Assembly: GCA_963716725.1 (NCBI GenBank)
Contig: CAVQUB010000020.1
Coordinates: 64,001 to 128,000, forward strand
DNA: 64,000 bases
Direction: 5' to 3'
Origin: an uncultured delta proteobacterium
GTDB lineage: Bacteria > Myxococcota_A > Polyangia > Polyangiales > Polyangiaceae
Part shown: in pieces, positions 58,451 through 64,000 of the stretch
Position numbering within the stretch: position 1 is the stretch's first letter
How the letters are laid out: the number at the start of each line of letters is the position of its first letter
Translations under genes and position numbers: made by a program
Notes under the pieces: model-generated
What the model was told of the DNA's origin: nothing
Databases searched by the model: none
What the model saw: the letters and a program-made list of their open reading frames with translations, nothing else

Positions 58451-59329
58451 ATGCCCAACGCGATGTCCATCCCGCTCGATTTCAAGAGCTGCGACGAGAT
58501 CACGCCCGCGTTGATCGAGCGAGCGTTCGCAGCAGAATCCGGCTCCCCGCGAGACCAGGTGCTGAAGCTCGTCGAAAAGATGGCGCGGGTCGCGTCGCCG
58601 GGAAAGGGAGCCGAGCGAATCCTCGAGGTGCTGGCGCGACTCGCGCACAGCGCCTGGGTCGATGGCACGCTAGACATCGTGCTCCGCGACTTCGACTTGG
58701 CGACGCAAATAGACATCCGGGTCGACGTCGGGAAGCACTTCGAAAGGCTGAGGACGATCTCGGTGGCGGTGCCCCTGGCCGAGTTGGCGGAGTGGGCCAC
58801 CGAGAACCCGGAGGCGCTCACTCCTCTGGTCGTCTTCGACTCGCGACGGGACGACGAACTGCGCCTGCGCAAGGGAAGCGTTCTGCACGTCGCGCGCGAC
58901 CGCGCGCCCCACTCGCGCCTGTCCGCGGCGCCCCAGAGCGTTCGAACCCGCATCGCGGCAGCGAGCCTCTCGGCGGTCCCGCAGTCCGCGCGCCCCGCCA
59001 GGCCGGATGCGGCGGCGGACCCGCAGACGCCCGCACCACCCTCGAGCGCGGTCCGCGGGCCCATGTCCGCCGCCCTGCGCAAGAGCGTGCCCCCACCCGC
59101 GGACGTGCACGCCCGACGCACCCTTCCGGACACGGACGACGGCGTCGGGCCCGCGGACGTACACCGCCGGCGCACGCCTCGAGTGCTCGAGCTTCAACTG
59201 CCGCCAGAAGCCTACCCGCCGCGGCCCCAGGCCGACCAAAGAAAGGCAACCACCCGCATCCCCGCGGTTCGACCGGCGCCGGCCCCGGAGCCCACCGACG
59301 TCGATCCGACCGACGAGGGTTGGGAGTGA
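58451..59329 (+). CDS. Hypothetical protein with low-complexity C-terminus
   Basis: Fills the gap in operon orientation; ends in acidic D..W (TDEGWE); GTGA overlap with the next gene. Confidence 0.55.
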   Translation: MPNAMSIPLDFKSCDEITPALIERAFAAESGSPRDQVLKLVEKMARVASPGKGAERILEVLARLAHSAWVDGTLDIVLRDFDLATQIDIRVDVGKHFERLRTISVAVPLAELAEWATENPEALTPLVVFDSRRDDELRLRKGSVLHVARDRAPHSRLSAAPQSVRTRIAAASLSAVPQSARPARPDAAADPQTPAPPSSAVRGPMSAALRKSVPPPADVHARRTLPDTDDGVGPADVHRRRTPRVLELQLPPEAYPPRPQADQRKATTRIPAVRPAPAPEPTDVDPTDEGWE

Positions 59330-59901
59330 AGGTGTCGGAGAGCACCAAGCTGAAGGTGGCGTTTGTCGGCAGCCACGGCGTCGGCAAGACGACCCTCTGC
59401 TACGGCCTGGCCGCACGCCTGAAGGCACGGGACCTGGTGCTCGAGGTGGTGCACGAAGTCGCGCGACGGTGCCCGCTGCCGATCAACGAGGAGACAGGCG
59501 TCGCCAGCGAATCCTGGATCTTGCACACTCAGATTGCGGAAGAAGTGGTCGCGGCCCAGCGCTATCCCGTGGTCATCTGCGATCGCAGCGCGCTGGACAA
59601 CTACGTGTATCTTCTCCTGGCCGCCGGACCCCAGGAAGGTCTCGAGCTGCTCGTGAGTTACTGGATGAAGACCTACGACCTCCTGGTGCAGGTGCCCGTC
59701 GTGCATGAACCGAGCGCCGACGGCTTTCGCACAACGGATCCCGAGTTCCAGCGCCGGGTAGACGACCGGCTCACGGTCGAGCTCGCGACCCGGGGTCTCG
59801 CTGCACATCGACTGGACCCAATCCGTCGAGCCGATTGGCTGAACGACGCCGAAGCGCTGGTCTGGAGTCGGGTGCAACCCCGCCAGCTCTCGTTGCTCTG
59901 A
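59326..59901 (+). CDS. P-loop NTPase, NadR/AAA_28 nucleotide-kinase-like
   Basis: VAFVGSHGVGKTT, HEVAR, ICDRSALD, YDL, DGFR. Confidence 0.8.
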   Translation: MKVSESTKLKVAFVGSHGVGKTTLCYGLAARLKARDLVLEVVHEVARRCPLPINEETGVASESWILHTQIAEEVVAAQRYPVVICDRSALDNYVYLLLAAGPQEGLELLVSYWMKTYDLLVQVPVVHEPSADGFRTTDPEFQRRVDDRLTVELATRGLAAHRLDPIRRADWLNDAEALVWSRVQPRQLSLL

Positions 59902-59906
59902 AGACC

Positions 59907-61085
59907 GTGGACGCCACTTACCAGAGCGCAGTCAACCGAGACGTGCCGCCAGCGCGCGACGGCGAGTTCTCGCCTCTGCGAATCGGCCCCCTCGAGGTCT
60001 GGCCCCCGGTTGTCTTGGCGCCGATGGCGGGCGTCACCAATTTCCCGTTCCGCGCCCTGTGCCGCCGCTTCGGCGCCGGGCTGTACGTGAGCGAGATGAT
60101 CACGGCGCGACCATTGGTCGAGGGCCGCGACAAGACCCTGCGGCTGGCGGACTTCGGCCCCGGCGAGCACCCGCGCAGCCTCCAGCTCTATGGCGTGGAC
60201 CCTCATTACGTCGGAGAGGCGGTCAAGCGTCTGGTCGGCGAGGGTCGCGTCGACCACATCGACATGAACTTCGGCTGCCCCGTGCGAAAGGTCACGCGCA
60301 AGGGCGGCGGGGCCGCCATCCCGGTGAAGCCCAATCTGCTCCGAAGCATCGTCGAAGCTGCGGTGAAGGGCGCCGGCGAGGTGCCCGTCACCATCAAGTT
60401 CCGGATGGGCATCCACGACGGGCTCCTGACCTACCTAGACGCGGGCCGCGTCGGCGAAGACGCCGGTTGCGCGGCGGTCGGACTGCACGCGCGCACGGCT
60501 GCGCAACTCTACGACGGCGAGGCGCGCTGGGACGCCATCGCCGAGCTGAAGAGCCGCTTGCGCATCCCGGTGTTGGGCAACGGCGACATCTGGGAGGCAG
60601 AGGACGCCCTGCGCATGATGCGCACTACCGGCTGTGACGGGGTCATCGTCGGCCGTGGGTGCCTGGGCCGACCCTGGCTGTTTCGCGATCTCGCCGCCGT
60701 GTTCGGCGGTCGTGCACCGGACAACCCTCCGGCGCTCGGGGAGGTCGTCGACGTGATGATCGAGCACGCGCGCCTTTTATGCGAGTGGATTGGGGAGGGG
60801 CCGGCGATGCGCGCATTCCGCCGCCACACGAGCTGGTACACCAAGGGGTTCCGCGGGAGTGCCGAGCTCCGGGAACGTATGATGAAGATCACGACCCTCG
60901 CGGACCTCCAGGAGATCGTCGCAGTGGTGGATCGGGCCCAGCCCTTCCCGGTTTCGGCCATGCGGGTACCCCGCGGAAAAGCCTCGGGAACTCAGGACGT
61001 CAGCCTGCCCGAGGGCTACCTCGACGACCGGCTCGACGCGACCCCGCCGTCCGAAGACGCCGAAGACGCCTTCAGCGGCGGCTGA
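59907..61085 (+). CDS. dusB: tRNA-dihydrouridine synthase
   Basis: VLAPMAGVT, VSEMI, QLYG, DMNFGCP, VTIKFR, LHART, GNGDI, GRGCLGRPW. Confidence 0.92.
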   Translation: MDATYQSAVNRDVPPARDGEFSPLRIGPLEVWPPVVLAPMAGVTNFPFRALCRRFGAGLYVSEMITARPLVEGRDKTLRLADFGPGEHPRSLQLYGVDPHYVGEAVKRLVGEGRVDHIDMNFGCPVRKVTRKGGGAAIPVKPNLLRSIVEAAVKGAGEVPVTIKFRMGIHDGLLTYLDAGRVGEDAGCAAVGLHARTAAQLYDGEARWDAIAELKSRLRIPVLGNGDIWEAEDALRMMRTTGCDGVIVGRGCLGRPWLFRDLAAVFGGRAPDNPPALGEVVDVMIEHARLLCEWIGEGPAMRAFRRHTSWYTKGFRGSAELRERMMKITTLADLQEIVAVVDRAQPFPVSAMRVPRGKASGTQDVSLPEGYLDDRLDATPPSEDAEDAFSGG

Positions 61086-61138
61086 ATCGGGCTGGCCGGC
61101 CCGCGGGTCTCGGGTAGACTCCGGCCGAGGGAATAGCC

Positions 61139-61654
61139 GTGCGTGCGTTGAAGATCCTGACCTCGCTGGTGTCTTGGCGTTGGACGCCCTGCGTCGCGCT
61201 CATCGCTTCGTCGCTCCTCTACGTGTTGATCGTGGTGCTCGTGACGCCCACCACCCTCGCCTTCGGTGGATCGCCCGCCTTCGGTGGATCGCCGAAGGGG
61301 GTCAACGTGATCGAGGGTCCCCCCACCACGAACGCGATGGGCGCGCCGCGCACGCCGCCCGACCGACAACGCGAGGCCGCCGCGCAGCCGCCCGGCGTGA
61401 TGATGGTGGCGCCCGTCGCGCCTCAGCCCCCCACGCCCGCGCCGGCACCCGTCGAAGAAATCCACCGACCCGAACCATCGCCACCTCCGCCGCCGGAGCC
61501 GGAGCCGGCGCCGGCCGAAGCAGATGAACACACTCAGGCGCCCCCTCCGCCGGTGGTGAACACGAAAGATCGCGTCTTGGCGGCGCCGCTCCGCATGATG
61601 CCGCAGATCAGCGCGACCGTGACGCCGGTCACCGGACCGCCGCCGAGCGAGTGA
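61139..61654 (+). CDS. Hypothetical Pro-rich membrane-anchored protein
   Basis: N-terminal TM; duplicated AFGGSP; Pro-rich body; TAGACT and GAGGGA upstream. Confidence 0.55.
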   Translation: MRALKILTSLVSWRWTPCVALIASSLLYVLIVVLVTPTTLAFGGSPAFGGSPKGVNVIEGPPTTNAMGAPRTPPDRQREAAAQPPGVMMVAPVAPQPPTPAPAPVEEIHRPEPSPPPPPEPEPAPAEADEHTQAPPPPVVNTKDRVLAAPLRMMPQISATVTPVTGPPPSE

Positions 61655-61656
61655 TT

Positions 61657-62016
61657 TCACCCCTCGCGCAAGCGCTGAAGGGCGCGGCGATCCATCTTGG
61701 TGGGGCGACCCGCCCCGCGATCGCGGATCCCGACCCTTGGTTCACGCGGCGGTGGCGGTGGCGAGTGGTCGGCGTAGAGCGCCCTGGCGTCGGCGGCTGA
61801 TGCTCGCTTCTCGGCGAGTCCAACCACTTCGAGCACCAATTCGCCGCGCGGAGCGAGGGCGCGGATCTGATCTCCCACTCGGACCCCGTGGCTGGCGCGA
61901 ACCGAGGCCCCGTTGAGCCGGACGTGCCCCCCGCCGCAGGCGTCGGTGGCCTGTGTCCTGGTCTTGTAGATGCGGGCTGCGCACAGCCAGCGGTCGATGC
62001 GAACGGCCTCCACCAC
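61657..62016 (-). CDS. hslR: Ribosome-associated heat shock protein Hsp15 (S4 domain)
   Basis: VRIDRWLCAARIYKTRTQA..AC.GGHV, VRVGD, RDRGAGRPTKMDRR. Confidence 0.9.
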   Translation of the reverse strand: MVEAVRIDRWLCAARIYKTRTQATDACGGGHVRLNGASVRASHGVRVGDQIRALAPRGELVLEVVGLAEKRASAADARALYADHSPPPPPREPRVGIRDRGAGRPTKMDRRALQRLREG

Positions 62017-62033
62017 TCAAAGATACCCCAACG

Positions 62034-62822
62034 ATGGCCACGATGTTGGCCCGAGGACTGCTTGGCACGCGACAATTTCCCCTGCCAAAGGAGTTCGCCG
62101 TGGTCCTCACCCATTCCGAGAAAGCCCTGCGTCCGAGTCGCCCGCCTCCGCTCTGGTTCGTGACCAACGGAGAGATCACCGTGGGGCCCGTGCGGACGGA
62201 TTTGCTCCAGCGAGGGGTCTTCCACGGGCGCATTCCGGAAGACTGCTTCGTGCGGGAGCTGACCTGGCGCACGTGGCGCCGCCTGGACCAGATCCGGGAG
62301 GTCCGCGCGGTGCAGCGGGAGCCTGGCGGCGGCGCGCTCCGGGCCAAGAAGACCGTGGTCGCCAGCCACACCGCTCTGCTGAGTCAGCTCTGCCTCGCCG
62401 CGGACGCCGCGGAGGTCCTGACGCTGAGCCTGCACGCAGCTTTCGAGGCCACCAACGCGAGCTTCGGTCTCGTGCATCGCGCGTACGGCGAGGGCCCGGC
62501 GCCCATCACGACCTGCGTGCGGGGCGTGGCCATGATCGGCAGGCTCGGCGCCGCGCTGCACGATGACGCTGCCGTGCGCCTGGCCCGCCTCGGCGGACTG
62601 ATCGTCGCTCCACCCAACGCGGGCGAAGCCGAGCGCTGCGTGGCAGCGCGGCTGGGCGCGCCTCCCGACCTGGGCGGCGTCGCAATGGTACCCGTCAGCA
62701 TCGGCCCAAGCCTCATGGCCATCATCGAACTCGGGCGTGTTGGGCACGCTTTCCGCGCCAGTGACGTGCTCGACCTGGAGCAAATCGCGGCGGCTGCGGC
62801 CCTCGCGATCCACGGATCCTGA
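62034..62822 (+). CDS. Hypothetical protein with GYF_2/DUF4339-like N-domain and GAF-like C-domain
   Basis: WFVTNG..VGPV..DLLQRG...WR.WRRL; C-terminal VAMVPV...AIIELGR..HAF...D. Confidence 0.55.
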   Translation: MATMLARGLLGTRQFPLPKEFAVVLTHSEKALRPSRPPPLWFVTNGEITVGPVRTDLLQRGVFHGRIPEDCFVRELTWRTWRRLDQIREVRAVQREPGGGALRAKKTVVASHTALLSQLCLAADAAEVLTLSLHAAFEATNASFGLVHRAYGEGPAPITTCVRGVAMIGRLGAALHDDAAVRLARLGGLIVAPPNAGEAERCVAARLGAPPDLGGVAMVPVSIGPSLMAIIELGRVGHAFRASDVLDLEQIAAAAALAIHGS

Positions 62823-62986
62823 GTCGAGCCGCCCGGCGCTGGCGCCGAGGCCGATCGCTCGCTGGGGCATCGTCTCGCGGCGGAGTACCTCGACCAGCAA
62901 GGCGCCGGAGACGGCGTGCTGCTCGCATCGATGACTCGCCGCAGTGACGACGGTCCGGACCAAAAGCGTGAATCGCTGAGCGCTGC

Positions 62987-63870
62987 TCAGGCGAGCTCCG
63001 CGGCCGCGGCGTCGACGCCGTTGCGGAAGATCGCCAGGCCGGCGCCCTCTGGAGCGGCCGTTCCGAGCACGCGGCGCCGAGCCCATCGGGTGGTGGAACG
63101 GGTAGAGGTAGGCGTCGGGGTGCGGCATCAGACCGAACAGCCGGCCGGACGGGATCGCAGATGCCGGCCACGGCGTCCGGGCGAGCCGTTGGGGTTGTGC
63201 GGCCACTCCTCGGTCGGCCGCTCCGTCGGCGCCGACGTAGCGCGCGACGATCTGGCGCTGGTCGCCTCGCAGCCGCTCCAGCAGCGTCGTCGCTCTCGGC
63301 GAGGAACTTGCCCTCGCCGTGCCGCGCGGGCAGGTCCATGCGCTCGAGGCCGCGCGTCCAGACGCAGGGCGACGCGGGATCGAAGCCCAAGCGGACCCAG
63401 GCGTCGCGGTAGCCCAGCGCGGTCGTTGGGCGCCAGCGTCGCGCGCGGCGTGCGGTAGTCGCCGTCGAGGCCCGGCAGCAGCCCGAGGCGCGACCATGGT
63501 CTGGAAGCCGTTGCAGATCCCCAGGGCCAGGCCGCCGCGGCTCGATGAACTCCAGCAGCTGGTCGTAGAGCCGCCAGCGGATCTTGTTGGCGAAGACGAA
63601 GCCGGCGCCCAGGTGATCGCCGAAGGCGAAGCCGCCGATGAAGGCCAGGATCTGGTAGTCGGCGAGCCGCGTGGCGCGCCGCGCCGTCGAGCAGCTCGAG
63701 CAGGTGCACGCGCTCCGGGCGGGCGCCGGCCATGCGGAACGCCGGCCTCGGTCTCGGCCTCGCAGTTCAGGCCGAGCCCGGTGAGGATCAGCACGCGCAC
63801 CTCGCGCCGCGAGCCGGTCCTGCTCCGCGCTCGGGCAGCCGGTCGAACAGCGCTCCAGCGCCGGCGTCAC
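62987..63870 (-). CDS. purQ: Phosphoribosylformylglycinamidine synthase glutaminase subunit, multiply frameshifted in this sequence
   Basis: Motifs spread over three frames: VLILTGLGLNCEAET, GGFAFGDHLGAG, LGICNGFQ, RHGEGKF, PHNPNGS, FGLMPHPDA, IFRNGV. Start approximate. Confidence 0.8.
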
Positions 63871-64000
63871 GTCATCGCCCAGCGTCTCCTTGAAGGCCGC
63901 TCCGAGCGCGTCGACGTCGAGGTCGATCGAGCACGCGCTCCGGCCCGGCGCACCACGAGGCGCGGCGTCGGCCGTGACCCGGCCGACGCGCCGGCAGGGC
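63871..64000 (-). CDS. purL: Probable 3' end of purL (partial, indel-ridden)
   Basis: PCRRVGRVT...DLDVDALGAAFKETL directly upstream of purQ; assigned mainly by context. Confidence 0.45.

Noticed and set aside
61258..61293. 18-bp tandem duplication (AFGGSP x2)
   Set aside because: Short in-frame duplication in a low-complexity protein with no further structure.
62987..64000. purQ/purL as decayed pseudogenes, and the 723-aa ORF 61629-63800
   Set aside because: All catalytic motifs are preserved but scattered over frames by many indels, the pattern of low-quality long-read consensus. The long ORF is a frameshift artefact.

Overview
Very GC-rich chromosomal window. Gene content (MYXO-CTERM-like tail, Gly-linker lipoproteins, IgGFc-binding protein, HEAT-repeat chemosensory cluster) points to Myxococcota, probably Polyangiales-like; this is inference. 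Most of it is housekeeping: lolCD, lysS, prfB, rsmE, ribF, holA, ribA, glmU, an MltD-like enzyme, an HtrA protease, two Hsp20, a che cluster, dusB, hslR and purQ/purL. Main points: (1) Two copies of an IS630 element (2876-4611; internally deleted at 29866-30932) sit at CTAG sites that supply host stop codons. Each carries a ~536-bp cassette inserted into the 3' end of the transposase gene between 8-bp direct repeats (CGAATCCA). The cassette encodes a GxxExxY PD-(D/E)XK-like protein bracketed by its own ~37-bp inverted repeats. This is the best candidate for an undescribed system. (2) A 221-bp CTAG-bounded MITE-like element of seven stacked hairpins abuts copy 2. (3) A CxxU SelW/Rdx selenoprotein gene with a candidate SECIS, missing from the ORF track, starts 6 bp after the UGA-frameshifted prfB and is followed by an MNT-HEPN toxin-antitoxin pair and lysS. 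(4) An accessory block (17-27.8 kb) holds a STAND-type regulator facing a subtilase across a 3x10-bp repeat, a lipoprotein-tethered cd1/NirS-like protein, and a protein resembling eukaryotic GPI ethanolamine-phosphate transferases. Indels in cheA and purQ suggest residual assembly errors, so single-base frameshifts are treated cautiously. All family calls come from motifs recognised by eye; no searches were run.
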